From Macrostomum lignano (lineage: Eukaryota): a stretch of 64,000 bases of DNA. Shown here in pieces: positions 48,791 through 61,863 of the stretch (the first letter of the stretch is position 1; each line of letters starts with the position of its first letter). The translations under genes were made by a program, and so were the position numbers. Where the stretch lies: assembly GCA_002269645.1 (NCBI GenBank), contig NIVC01001353.1:62001-126000 (forward strand). The letters are read 5' to 3'. The notes beneath the pieces were generated by a model. The model had not been told where the DNA came from, ran no database searches, and was given only the letters and a program-made list of their open reading frames with translations.

Positions 48791-49402
48791 TATCTATGTA
48801 TATCAGGGGGTCGCAGGCCCCAAGCGGAGTGCTGGGCAAACACGGCAGCTCATAGCCAGTCCCGAACCAGAACTCGGCCTTATTAATCTCGGCGGCATCA
48901 GAAATCGGAGGTCAAGTCGCCTCAATCAAAGACAGCGGATATTTGACAGCTGAGAGGAGATTTATTGCCGCTGCTCACGTGAATGACGCAGGTTGTCGAA
49001 TAGATAAGTGTCCATACAGTGCATGCATATACAAATATACTTTGTTGTATTTAGACGAATGAGAAAAAGTCTGAACAGCGGTAGGAGAGCGAGTCAGAAC
49101 TGAGTTATAAAACTCAGAAACACGAGCACCAATGCAGCAAGCAGCCGAGCTGGGGAGAGCGCACCAATTTAAATAGGGGAAATGCGGAGAAAAAAATGAC
49201 TAAAAAATAAACTGCAAAAGAGTAAATAAAAATGCTATTTTAAATTATCAAATGTTGCTATAACAGCATTTAGCTAACCCTAGCAACCGCATAGCAACAG
49301 CATAGCAACCAAGCAGCATTGCATATTAAAACAGAACCAGCAGTGGTTTACAAATACAAAATTGCCACACTAATTAGAAACATTAAAATCTCATTCTCAG
49401 TC

Positions 49403-52400
49403 TCAGTCCTCGCCAGCAGAAGCATCGGGCACCTCAGCGCCGACGGCTTCAACCGCGGCCTCGGCGGGCGCCTTCTCCTCCGCCGGTGCCGCCGCGCCCC
49501 CCGGCATGTGGCGGTACTTGGCGCGCTGCTTGCGCCACAGCAGCATCCGGGGCTGCTGGGAGCCGCCGCCGCCACCGCCAGACACGGGGGAGGCCCCCGC
49601 CGACGAGGGCGAGCCGCCACTGCCGCCCGGGCCGCGGAGGCCGCGCAGGGAGTCGCGCAGGCGGGCCAGCGGGCTGCGACGGCTGGCTGACGAGCCTGTA
49701 GGGGGAGCCGGGTGGCGGACCTTCAGTAGCTTGGGATTCCCGGCAGGTGATAGCTGACCACCGAGGCTTGGGTTGATTGGAATCTCAGCCTGAATCTCAC
49801 CCATCCTAGCCTGAATCTTATCTATCCCAGCCACCAGCCTGAATCCTATCCATCTCAGCCTGAATCTCATTCCATTTCAGCCTGAATCCTATCCCATCCT
49901 AGCCTGAATCCTATCCCATCTCAGCCTGAATCTTATCCCATCTCAGCCTAAATCCTATCCCATCCTAGCCTGAATCATATCCCATCCTAGCCTGAATCCT
50001 ATCCCATCCTAGCCTGAATCCTATCCCATCCTAGCCTGAATCCTATCCCATCTTAGCCTGAATCCTATCCCATCTCAGCCTGAATCCTATCCCATCTTAG
50101 CCTGAATCCTATCCCATCTCAGCCTGAATCCTATCCCATCTTAGCCTGAATCCTATCCCATCTTAGCCTGAATCCTATCCCATCTTAGCCTGAATCCTAT
50201 CCCATCTCAGCCTGAATCCTATCCCATCTTAGCCTGAATCCTATCCCATCTCAGCCTGAATCCTATCCATCTCAGCCTGAATCCTATCCCATCTCAGCCT
50301 GAATCCTATCCCATCTCAGCCTGAATCCTATCCCATCTTAGCCTGAATCCTATCCCATCTTAGCCTGAATCCTATCCCATCTTAGCCTGAATCCTATCCC
50401 ATCCTAGCCTGAATCCTATCCCATCTCAGCCTAAATCTTATCCCATCTCAGCCTGAATCCTATCCATCTCAGCCTGAATCCTATCCATCTCAGCCTGAAT
50501 CCTATCCATCTCAGCCTGAATCCTATCCATCTCAGACTGAATCCTATCCATCTCAGCCTGAATCCTATCCATCTCAGCCTGAATCCTATCCCATCTCAGC
50601 CTGAATCCTATCCATCTCAGCCTGAATCCTATCCCATCTCAGCCTGAATCCTATCCTATCTCAGCCTGAATCCTATCCCATCTTAGCCTGAATCCTATCC
50701 CATCTCAGCCTGAATGATATCCATCTCAGCCTGAATCCTATCCATCTCAGCCTGAATCCTATCCCATCTCAGCCTAAATCTTATCCTATCTCAGCCTGAA
50801 TCCTATCCCATCTTAGCCTGAATCCTATCCCATCTCAGCCTGAATGATATCCATCTCAGCCTGAATCCTATCCATCTCAGCCTGAATCCTATCCATCTCA
50901 GCCTGAATCCTATCCCATCTCAGCCTGAATCCTATCCATCTCAGCCTGAATCCTATCCATCTCAGCCTGAATCCTATCCCATCTCAGCCTGAATCCTATC
51001 CCATCTTAGCCTGAATCCTATCCCATCTTAGCCTGAATCCTATCCCATCCTAGCCTGAATCCTATCCCATCTCAGCCTGAATCCTATCCCATCTCAGCCT
51101 GAATCCTATCCATCTCAGCCTGAATCCTATCCATCTCAGCCTGAATCCTATCCCAGCCTGAATCCTATCAGCCTGAATCCTATCCATCTCAGCCTGAATC
51201 CTATCCCATCTCAGCCTTCATTCATTCAATCCCAGCTCAAAGCAGCCGGTCTGCAGTTTCCTGTCTTCAAAAGCATCACTAAGGCAGTCACGGAAGCAAC
51301 AGAGTCGTTAGCAAGATCTCACAGGATTTAATCAAAAGTCTGAATTCGGAATTCTCAGGATGCAGTCTAATTTTTTGACCCGCTCTGCCAAGGTCGCGCG
51401 CAGAGCAATCCGAGCGGCGCACCACGTGACAAATATTTGAGAGTTCGGTGCCGAAAAATAGCTGGTCTATTATTAGATCACACAGTAAAGGTAGATTTTT
51501 GCAAGCCGTTTCTGCTTCAATCAAAACAGTCCCATTGTCTTTTCTGCTACAGGCAGATGCGGGGCTTGGGAACTGTTCAGCCATTTTTGGTGATTCCCAG
51601 TTACCCTTCTTTTGACAGATTAATATAAATAATTCCGTTAGAAAACTAAGTCTACTACTATGAGTAAAAACATATCAAAATAGGAAACAAATGCAGCAAT
51701 TTAAACTATAATCAGGTTTAGTTTGTTCATTTGTTAACACCTTAATTTGATCTCACACACAGCAACTCCCTGCTTCCTGCAGTTAAGGTGAGCAGTTCTG
51801 CTGCGAAATAATCAATTTTTTTTCAACTGGATGCTCTTAGGTCCGTTAAAGGTTTAAAGGATTAGGGAGTTCGACAATAGAGCCGCATAGTGCAAGGCTG
51901 AGGTCAAAGACACGGACACACTAGCACGAACATTAAGACATGAACACACTGACACGGACACACTCAGCATGGAAATTATGACATGAACACACTAGCATGG
52001 ACATTATGACATGAACACACTAGCATGGACATTATGACATGAACACACTGACACGGACAATATAAGATGAAAACACTGACACGGACATTATGAGATGAAA
52101 ACACTGACACGGACATTATGACATGAACACACTGACACGGACATTATGAGATGAACACACTGACACGGACATTATGACATGGACACACTAGCATGGACAT
52201 TATGACATGAACACACTAGCATGGACATTATGACATGAACACACTGACACGGACATTATGACATGGACACACTAGCATCGACATTATGACATGAACACAC
52301 TAGCATGGACATTATGACATGAACACACTGACACGGACATTATGACATGGACACACTAGCATCGACATTATGACATGAACACACTGACATGGACATTATG

Positions 52401-52860
52401 ACATGAACACACTGACACGGACATTATGACATGAACACACTGACACGGACATTATGACATGAACACACTGACACGGACATTATGACATGAACACACTGAC
52501 ACGGACATTATGACATGAACACACTGACACGGACATTATGACATGAACACACTGACACGGACATTATGACATGAACACACTGACACGGACATTATGACAT
52601 GAACACACTGACACGGACAGCGTCAAAAGGCTCACCCTTGCCACCGATGAGCTCAGCGCCCGACCCAGCCGTGGAGTTGGCCTGCAGATCCCCGGCCGAC
52701 AAGTTGGACAAGTCCACGCCATCAGCCGGCGGGACTCCCAGCTCATCGTCGGTGGCAGCAGCGGCAGCATCGCAGGCGTTTTGATCCTCGTTGACGGCGT
52801 CGATGCACGGAAACTCCTCGGCGACAGAGAAGGCGGCGGAGCAGTCGGAGGTCTGGTTGG
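49403..52860 (-). CDS. Last two coding exons (52860-52636, 49695-49403) of an unidentified low-complexity protein; upstream exons not located
   Basis: GC3-biased frames (NQTSDCSAAFSVAEEFPCID...; GSSASRRSPLARLRDSLR...RMLLWRKQRAKYRH...GED-TGA) joined by a phase-1 GT-AG intron (AAGG|gtgagc ... ccccctacag|GC). Confidence 0.6.
49780..52618. repeat. Intronic minisatellites: 21/22-bp CAGCCTGAATCCTATCCCATCT (49780-51215) and 28-bp GACACGGACATTATGACATGAACACACT (51910-52618)
   Basis: Direct periodicity; the 28-bp array starts ~17 nt after the donor at 52635. Confidence 0.95.
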
Positions 52861-54021
52861 CTGGCGGGGTGTCAAGGTTTTTGGGTGGGGCTTTAAATAA
52901 TAGCTGTCAATTGAGGACTGTGCTTTGTCTATCAACTGACCGAAAGTACATTTAGAACCGGCAAAAGTACACCATACATGCAGAGACTACTCTAATAGGC
53001 ACAGGGTCTCAATTTTAGTGACCTACTGTCGTCAGAGTACTAGTGATGGCTCTAAAAAGGAAATGAGCAAGCCAGAAATGGGGCTGGGGTAGCGCCAGGA
53101 AGTCGAGCGAGAAGCAAATTGGGAGTTTATGCGAGGCCGCATCCCCTTCTTCCCCTTTGCAGGTCTTCGATGCCCGGGATATTGAAGCGAGATATCAGCG
53201 ACTCCTCCCCCGGGATCCGGGAAGCGAGATGGCAGCGGAGAAGAACAGGCAATGGGAGGGGATGGTTTTTCTATTTATTTTCTATTTAAAGATCAGTAAT
53301 TTTTTTAATATTCAGTCGGGATTCGCGCGGACAAGCTGCGGCAGGTCTGGCGCAAGTGTGAAACACAAGTGCGAGCTTCATTTGCAGTCTAGTCTGCTTT
53401 TGTCTTTTTCTGCTTTTTCTCTCCGCATTGAACAGCTGTAAATGAGTCGGACAGCACTGGGGCAGTCTCGCACCGCTTCATCAATCTTCTCTGGAGAACT
53501 CATTTGGTTTGTTTATATTGTCTGCTTTCATCAATTTTCGGCATCGCTTTTATCCTTTTATTATTCATTGCCGGTCTATGCCGCCAGATTCTCTTTTGCC
53601 GTCTGCAGCCGCATTTTCTCAGACAGCAGAGTTGCCAGTCTCACAGACTGCACACGGGAGTGAAGCTACAGCGCATTCACAATTAGATGTGGCAGGCAAC
53701 GTGTGAATCACCGCCACAGACAGGCACTGCAGTGGGCCTCAGGCTCTGTCAGTACATGTGTATGCATATTGGAGGTGTTTGAGCAGTGCCAGTGAGTAAT
53801 AAACATGTCCCAGCAAAGCATTATATCCACGAAAAGGGTCACTTTTTAGTGCCAAAGAAAGCTATATAATGAAGAGGTCAGCCGAGAGGTCATGACACAA
53901 GTACGCAACCAGCCATTGTAATGGAGAAACACTTGAGAAATGGCAGGTCACTGACCTCGGCAGTTCTAGAAATCCCTTTAAGCCTTTAAGTAACCGCAAC
54001 CGCCGCTTCAGGCACGACTTT

Positions 54022-56422
54022 ACCCTCCCTGTAGGCTGTAGATCAACCGCTACCCTCCCTGTAGGCTGTAGATCAGCCGCTACCCTCCCTGTAGGCTGTA
54101 GATCAGCCGCTACCCTCCCTGTAGGCTGTAGATCAGCCGCAACCCTCCCTGTAGGCTGTAGATCAGCCGCTACCCTCCCTGTAGGCTGTAGATCAGCCAC
54201 TACCTTCCCTGTAGGCTGTAGATCAGCCACTACCTTCCCTGTAGGCTGTAGATCAGCCGCTACCTTCCCTGTAGGCTGTAGATCAGCCGCTACCCTCCCT
54301 GTAGGCTGTAGATCAGCCACTACCTTCCCTGTAGGCTGTAGATCAGCCGCTACCCTCCCTGTAGGCTGTAGACCAACCGCTACCCTCCCTGTAGGCTGTA
54401 GACCAACCGCTACCCTCCCTGTAGGCTGTAGACCAACCGCTACCCTCCCTGTAGGCTGTAGATCAGCCGCTACCTTTCCTGTAGGCTGTAGATCAGCCGC
54501 TACCCTCCCTGTAGGCTGTAGATCAGCCGCTACCTTTCCTGTAGGCTGTAGATCAGCCGCTACCTTTCCTGTAGGCTGTAGATCAGCTGCTACCCTCCCT
54601 ATAGGCTGTAGATCAGCCGCTACCTTCCCTGTAGGCTGTAGATCAGCTGCTACCCTCCCTATAGGCTGTAGATCAGCCGCTACCCTCCCTGTAGGCTGTA
54701 GATCAGCTGCTACCGCTACCCTCCCTGTAGGCTGTAGATCAGCCGCTACCTTCCCTGTAGGCTGTAGATCAGCCGCTACCCTCCCTATAGGCTGTAGATC
54801 AGCCGCTACCTTCCCTGTAGGCTGTAGATCAGCTGCTACCGCTACCCTCCCTGTAGGCTGTAGATCAGCCGCTACCCTCCCTGTAGGCTGTAGATCAGCC
54901 GCTACCCTCCCTGTAGGCTGTAGATCAGCCACTACCTTCCCTGTAGGCTGTAGATCAGCCGCTACCCTCCCTGTAGGCTGTAGACCAACCGCTACCCTCC
55001 CTGTAGGCTGTAGACCAACCGCTACCCTCCCTGTAGGCTGTAGATCAGCCGCTACCCTCCCTGTAGGCTGTAGATCAGCCACTACCTTCCCTGTAGGCTG
55101 TAGATCAGCCGCTACCCTCCCTGTAGGCTGTAGATCAGCCGCTACCCTCCCTGTAGGCTGTAGATCAGCCGCAACCCTCCCTGTAGGCTGTAGATCAGCC
55201 GCTACCCTCCCTGTAGGCTGTAGATCAGCCACTACCTTCCCTGTAGGCTGTAGATCAGCCACTACCTTCCCTGTAGGCTGTAGATCAGCCGCTACCTTCC
55301 CTGTAGGCTGTAGATCAGCCGCTACCCTCCCTGTAGGCTGTAGATCAGCCACTACCTTCCCTGTAGGCTGTAGATCAGCCGCTACCCTCCCTGTAGGCTG
55401 TAGACCAACCGCTACCCTCCCTGTAGGCTGTAGACCAACCGCTACCCTCCCTGTAGGCTGTAGACCAACCGCTACCCTCCCTGTAGGCTGTAGATCAGCC
55501 GCTACCTTTCCTGTAGGCTGTAGATCAGCCGCTACCCTCCCTGTAGGCTGTAGATCAGCCGCTACCTTTCCTGTAGGCTGTAGATCAGCCGCTACCTTTC
55601 CTGTAGGCTGTAGATCAGCTGCTACCCTCCCTATAGGCTGTAGATCAGCCGCTACCTTCCCTGTAGGCTGTAGATCAGCTGCTACCCTCCCTATAGGCTG
55701 TAGATCAGCCGCTACCTTCCCTGTAGGCTGTAGATCAGCTGCTACCGCTACCCTCCCTGTAGGCTGTAGATCAGCCGCTACCTTCCCTGTAGGCTGTAGA
55801 TCAGCCGCTACCCTCCCTACAGGCTGTAGATCAGCCGCTACCTTCCCTGTAGGCTGTAGATCAGCTGCTACCGCTACCCTCCCTGTAGGCTGTAGATCAG
55901 CCGCTACCCTCCCTGTAGGCTGTAGATCAGCCGCTACCCTCCCTGTAGGCTGTAGATCAGCCACTACCTTCCCTGTAGGCTGTAGATCAGCCGCTACCCT
56001 CCCTGTAGGCTGTAGACCAACCGCTACCCTCCCTGTAGGCTGTAGACCAACCGCTACCCTCCCTGTAGGCTGTAGATCAGCCGCTACCCTCCCTGTAGGC
56101 TGTAGATCAGCCACTACCTTCCCTGTAGGCTGTAGATCAGCCGCTACCCTCCCTGTAGGCTGTAGATCAGCCGCTACCTTTCCTGTAGGCTGTAGACCAG
56201 CCACTACCTTCCCTGTAGGCTGTAGATCAGCCGCTACCCTCCCTGTAGGCTGTAGATCAGCCGCTACCCTCCCTGTAGGCTGTATATCAGCCGCTACCCT
56301 CCCTGTAGGCTGTAGACCAACCGCTACCCTCCCTGTAGGCTGTAGACCAACCGCTACCCTCCCTGTAGGCTGTAGACCAACCGCTACCCTCCCTGTAGGC
56401 TGTAGATCAGCCGCTACCCTCC
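54022..56422. repeat. 30-bp minisatellite (CTGTAGGCTGTAGATCAGCCGCTACCCTCC), ~80 units with a 1032-bp higher-order repeat
   Basis: Direct periodicity; the rare GCAACC variant recurs at 54141 and 55173. Confidence 0.95.
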
Positions 56423-57199
56423 ATGAAGATCACTTTGACGTGTTGATAAATTGGGAAAAACTGAAACCAGCAGTTTAGCAACATCACCAAATCTGTATCG
56501 GAAGAAGTGCCCCACAAAAAATTGCATCAAAACTACGCAGCATGTTGAATAGCGGAGCCTCATCAAAATAGATGAAGCATTTTAAAGCCGGTTAAACTTT
56601 TTTCTTTTTGGTGCCAAGGCGGCAATTGCGCAAAAGAAAACAGGAATTCCCAGCGAGTTTCAGTCATAGGGAGGGAGAGAGGGGATGAGAGAGTGAGGCG
56701 TGAGAGATGCATAGAACCCTTCGAAAAGTGTTGCAGCCGTACACACACGCTCAATAAACGAGCCCAACTGGTCCCAGAGACAGTGGCGATAAGCATAAAA
56801 AAGTAAATTCCTGGATATTCAGCATTGCCCGACCAGCACAGACTTCAGAAGCTGGTACTGTGCAAAACTGGAGCGGCCAAAATGATTAATGATATAGCGC
56901 AGACAAAGACCACCCGACGGGTAATCTGCTTATAGGAACAAAGAGCAAGGCTCTCTGATTCAGACCAGCACTATATGAATACAGCCCCAACAGCAGCCGA
57001 AAGCTGCAGAGCTAAACACACTTGTTGCAAATTTGAAAAGAAGAGAAATCATCAGACTGCTTCTAAACTTTCATTCCGGCGATCAAAGAGTTTTAAGGGC
57101 CTTTTTAAACTGCACTGAAGCATGCAGATGACTGAGACGAGAGTGTAAAAATCCCAATACCTTACTTTTAAAGAGACTCAGATGGGACAGGGAGCAGAG

Positions 57200-57520
57200 C
57201 TAAGGACTTCTAGGCCTTCTACAGTCTTGAGCGGAAAGCTTTTCAAGCAAGCAGTACTCAAGTTTTTTGGATAAAAGCATAATCCAGATTCTATGTTTAA
57301 AACTCCACGACACGACACAACGCAGTAGAGATGACGCCTGAAGAAAAAGAACTATATTTAGATTATAATAACAAAGCGCATAAAGTGCGCCAGACTCACA
57401 ACTACTCATCATTAACAGTAACACGACGGATGGCCTGCATAGCCTTTGTACAGCACTAGCGATTCGTCAATGCAGATAACTTTAAAGTTATTCAACCTGT
57501 CAACGCAGTGACAACTCCAG
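57200..57520 (-). mobile_element. Decayed piggyBac-family transposase fragment
   Basis: DRLNNFKVICIDESLVLYKG matches the piggyBac catalytic-Asp motif (I.IDES...FKGR). Downstream CESG.LY and HRIW.......KL..LLEK resemble later piggyBac motifs. Disrupted by stops and rearrangement. Confidence 0.5.
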
Positions 57521-57989
57521 TACAATTTTTCAGTCAGGAGCTGTGACACTGAGTACAAACACGCCCATAGACAATATCGTAGTTGCCTGCAGCCATGGCC
57601 TGCACAGCAGGCCATCCGTCTTTAAGTGAGGAGATCAGAAGGTTTACAAAACTTAGAAAATTTTCTATGGCCTGCTATGCAGGCCACCCGTTCGCAATTG
57701 AGATGATATGTTTTCAATTCGTCAGGAAGAGGTTAATGCGTTTAGATTAAATTCAACGAGCCGAATAGGCCGCTTCTCACATCGGATGCGCAGAGACTGA
57801 CGGCCTTTGTGACAACATAATTGCATCTGTTCCTTTGAGCGCGACAAGGAAACGGGGTTGCGTGTTGTTAATGCTGCAGACATGCTCACCAACTCCGCAA
57901 CCAAGGACTTTGCTGTCACAACCTTGCCTGCATCCCTAACTAGCAGACAGGTGGAGCAAGAGGAAAAGAGTACAGGACACATTTAGCAC

Positions 57990-59235
57990 ACAAATGAGCC
58001 TCGCAGATGCAGGGGATTACTAAAGACACAAATGAGCGCCACAGGTGCAAGGTGGGGCATTAAAGATACAAATGAGCCCCGTAGGTGCAAGGTGGGGCAG
58101 TAAGGACACAAATGAGCCCCAGAGGTACAAGGTGGGGCATTAAAGATACAAATGAGCCCCGTAGGTGCAAGGTGGGGCAGCAAGGACACAAATGAGCCCC
58201 AGAGGTGCAAGGTGGGGCAGCAAGGACACAAATGAGCCCCAGAGGTGCAAGGTGGGGCAGCAAGGACACAAATGAGCCCCAGAGGTGCAAGGTGGGGCAG
58301 CAAGGACACAAATGAGCCCCGTAGGTGCAAGGTAGGGCAGCAAGGACACAAATGAGCCCCAGAGGTGCAAGGTAAAGACGTCGACTGAGTCCACAGGTGC
58401 ACTGGGTTAGGGTTAATAAGTGCAACCAGTCAGACAGCATGACTGATTGATTTCTATGCTTCACAAGACATCACTTCCATGTTGGAATTAATCATGCCAT
58501 TCGAAGCCTTAGAGGGCAAATATTTGACCGTCTTCATCTGTTTTAAGTTTTCAATAACAGCCAAACAACCAAATTATTAATATAACATGGGAAAGTCTAA
58601 TGGAGGGAAGGCAAGGTAGGCCAGGCAGAAGAGGTGGCTGGCCGCTGATTGGCCAAGAGGCCGTGCTGCAGACTGAAGACGGGGAGCCGCCTATTCTGCC
58701 TTAGTCTAAATATACATATTAAACACTTGGAGGGCATATAAAAGACTGTCTGTCTGTCTGCCTAAGTGCAACGCTAGACATAAAAATTCATATATTACTG
58801 ATATTTAGCGGCTCTGAAGACCGATCAAAAGAAGGTAAGCTAAAAGCAATTTTTTAAAGCTAAGCTATCAAGGAGAGTACACATGGGAGACAGAGGGGGG
58901 AGAGAGGGCAAACAGGGAGGGGAGGCGGAGAGAACAGGAAGGGGAGATAGGGCAGACAGTGAGGGGAGACAGGGCAGACAGTGAGGGGAGACAGGGCAGA
59001 CAGTGAGGGGAGACAGGGCAGACAGTGAGGGGAGACAGGGCAGACAGTGAGGGGAGACGGGCAGACAGTGAGGGGAGACGGGGCAGACAGGGTGGGCAGA
59101 CAGGGCAGACAGGGAGGGGAGAGGGGGGAGGGAGGAGAGAGGGAGACAGGGAAGAGAGAGAGGGGGGAGACAGGGGAGACAGAAGAGACAAGAGGGGAGA
59201 TGAAGGAAAGACGGGAGACAGGAGACAAAGGGAGA
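57990..59235. repeat. 40-bp minisatellite (57990-58375) and purine-rich GGGAGACAGGGCAGACAGTGAG repeat (58880-59235)
   Basis: Direct periodicity. Confidence 0.9.
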
Positions 59236-60297
59236 GCTTAGATTGTATAAATACTGGTAAAAATATATAAATAATAAATAAACTATCATAAACTGTCACC
59301 TTTGCGTACGTGTGTTATTTCAGAATTAGTAACCAATAGCCAGGGCTCGCCCAGCCTTAATACAGTAGTCCTCGTAAATCGCAGCTTGACAGGACAGGGG
59401 GGGGGGGTAAAAAGGAGCAAAGCAGCAGTAGATAATATCAGATTTCACAGAAACCAGCAGGCGCACTAAACTGATGTTATTAGCGTATTATAAATCAAAT
59501 GATAAATATCTCAGAACTAATTTGATGGCGTACATAGTCAGGATTTTCCTCAAGTCATAAATAAAAAATTATTGACATTTTAACGGTCGGAAAGTTGGAA
59601 GATTTCAGTTTCTCAGAAGGGCTGAGTTTTGCATAAACAGACACAAAATACTTGGGTACTTTGAAATTAAGATACTGCAGCAACAGCTGATGCTTTTAGC
59701 CAATTTTAGTAGCAAAACTGAATAACAGTATAGCATAAAGCTTGTTTCCATGCAATCTTTTTTCATAATTTGATAAACAGCTTTCTTTGCGAAAATAAAG
59801 TCAAACTGTAGCGATTGACTTGTTCAAGTAGCCATGGAAACCCAAATTGATAAGCGCGGCACAGAAACCCCGCCAAAAAAGGAACTGATCTGCGCAGTTT
59901 GACTTGGAACCCCCCCCCCCTTCCGGAGCTCGCTCGATTAACGCCCGACATTAAGAACTGACCGCGGCCTAATATAGGCAGCATTATACATGGCTAAATA
60001 AGGAACCGGTGCAATTTTCAATGACGAACTTAATGTGAATGCAAGATGAACTCAAGATATCGTCTCGGCAGTTGTAATCGCTTAATCTTGGGGGAAGCTT
60101 AAAAGACTTCTCTGATAGCCTTCGCAATACCAGTCAGATCAATCCTGAGATACCGAAATTTCAGAGTCGAAAAGTCACAGATTAGTGCCGAGTTTCTATA
60201 TCAGGGAATAAGATTTTAAAATCCAGAATCTTCAATCAGAAAGCTAGGTGTAAGATCACAGTTAAGCAGCCTTGCACCCGCAGCTCGAGCAGACTCA

Positions 60298-61863
60298 ATG
60301 CCGGCTCAATTCCTCAGCAAGCTGCATCAAACGATGCCGCAAATGCTGCTGCTAGCGCTGCTGGCAGCTTTAACAGCTGACAGCCTGACAATGCAGAGGG
60401 ACAGCAGCCAGCGCCCGGCCTCCTCTGTGATCCGCGTGAACTGCCGGCTCTACCGCCGCAGAGGCCCCATCCAGCCGGTGCTGCTGGACTGCCGGCCAGA
60501 CGCGGTCGCCGGCTACGTCGAGCGGGGCTTCGCCTTCAGGCGGCAGGCGATGCTGCTGATGCCACCAACCACCGACCAGCAGGATGACGATAGGCGGCGG
60601 CCAGTGTGGATGCTGGACGAAACAACGCTGGTCAAGACTGGCGACACCGACGTCAACATTCTGCCGAGGGAGGCGTTCGCCAGCCTGGCCGAGACGGTGA
60701 AAGAAGGACACCTACTGTCGCTGAGGCGCCTGCGGCAGCGCCGACTCGACCTATCAGCGCTGTCGAGCCTGCCGCAGCTGCGACACCTGGAAGTCGCCGA
60801 GTCGAACGCCACCTGCTTGTCGAAGGATATGTTCGACCCGGTGCCCAGGCTGGTCAGCTTGCGGCTCCAAGGAAACAGCCTGCTGTCCTGCCTGCAGCCG
60901 GACACCCTGACCGGCCTGGCCCACCTGGCCGAGCTTAGCATCCTCGGCAGTCCGCGCCTGAAGTCACTCAATGCCGTAGCCGCGGCGCCATCGCTGACAG
61001 ACCTTCAGCTGGCCGACCTTCAAGCGTCGTGGGACGGCGCCCTCTGCCAAGCCGACGGCCTTCGCCGACTCCGACTCGACCGGCTGCCGCAGAAGCAGCT
61101 GCTGTTGGCGGGGCTGGCCGGCCTGCGCAGCCTGCGAGTCGACGATCACGAAGAAGAGACGATGCTGAGTGTCATCAAGCTGGCGCCGGCAGCATGCGCC
61201 CTGTGGCCCGACGGCCGGCTGCTGCTCAACGGGATCAGCCTGGCGAACTGGACGCTCGGCCAGATGCTGCAGGACTTTGGCCAGTTTTGCGAATACGTAA
61301 TCGAAACTGAGGACTTTGCCGAGCAGGCTGAACAGCTGTGCAGCTCGGCCGCACGCCAACTCGCCGGGAATTGCTTCGCCGAGTGCAGCACGGTCGGCAA
61401 GACATCGGGATTGAAGTTGCCACCAACACTATTACCTCCCCTGCCGGTGGTGTCGTCTCTCCAGCCAGTGGCTGCAGCGGCAGCCGACACTGTCACGAAG
61501 GACCAACCAGCCTCGGTCACAGGCGTCACCCAAGTCAACAGCCACGGCGGCTGGCACGTGGACAAGCGAGGCATCCTGGGCACCGCGCTGCTCACCGCCG
61601 GCGCCTTCCTTGGAGGAGTCCTGGCCGCCGCCTACTGCTGCAGCTCCGGCCGGCTGGTCGGGCGCGGCTCCAAGCCGTCAGTGTCGGGGTCAGCCGCCAG
61701 CAGCGGTGGAGTGTCGACTGTCTGCGTCAGCGGCGGCTGCCACCTGCCCGAGCTGGAAGATGACGAGCCGATCCGGCTGATTGGCTACTCGGCCAAGTCA
61801 ACAACGTCGCTGCCTGCACTGCCGAGGCCGCCGTCCGGCGGGCCGCTGATGTGGACGGTCTAG
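60298..61863 (+). CDS. Intronless single-pass membrane protein with signal peptide and leucine-rich repeats (521 aa)
   Basis: Leader MPQMLLLALLAALTA; LRRs LPQLRHLEVAESN, VPRLVSLRLQGNSLL, LAHLAELSILGSPRL, APSLTDLQLADL; TM GILGTALLTAGAFLGGVLAAAYCC; short Ser/Gly-rich tail without TIR or kinase domain. Confidence 0.85.
   Translation: MPAQFLSKLHQTMPQMLLLALLAALTADSLTMQRDSSQRPASSVIRVNCRLYRRRGPIQPVLLDCRPDAVAGYVERGFAFRRQAMLLMPPTTDQQDDDRRRPVWMLDETTLVKTGDTDVNILPREAFASLAETVKEGHLLSLRRLRQRRLDLSALSSLPQLRHLEVAESNATCLSKDMFDPVPRLVSLRLQGNSLLSCLQPDTLTGLAHLAELSILGSPRLKSLNAVAAAPSLTDLQLADLQASWDGALCQADGLRRLRLDRLPQKQLLLAGLAGLRSLRVDDHEEETMLSVIKLAPAACALWPDGRLLLNGISLANWTLGQMLQDFGQFCEYVIETEDFAEQAEQLCSSAARQLAGNCFAECSTVGKTSGLKLPPTLLPPLPVVSSLQPVAAAAADTVTKDQPASVTGVTQVNSHGGWHVDKRGILGTALLTAGAFLGGVLAAAYCCSSGRLVGRGSKPSVSGSAASSGGVSTVCVSGGCHLPELEDDEPIRLIGYSAKSTTSLPALPRPPSGGPLMWTV

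Noticed and set aside
49500-49545. Homeodomain helix-3-like LLWRKQRAKYRH
   Set aside because: Lacks WFxN and the rest of the homeodomain.
53862-56204. 780-aa ORF of VAADLQPTGR repeats
   Set aside because: A 30-bp satellite that is stop-free by chance; the track start is not an ATG; flanks are non-coding. It cannot be fully excluded without RNA data.
56420-57200. Possible decayed LINE ORF2 downstream of the 30-bp array, and an endonuclease-like FITDPSKRENSLLGLVW at ~23400-23530 (minus)
   Set aside because: Too degraded to assign by eye; a translated search against Dfam/Repbase would be needed.
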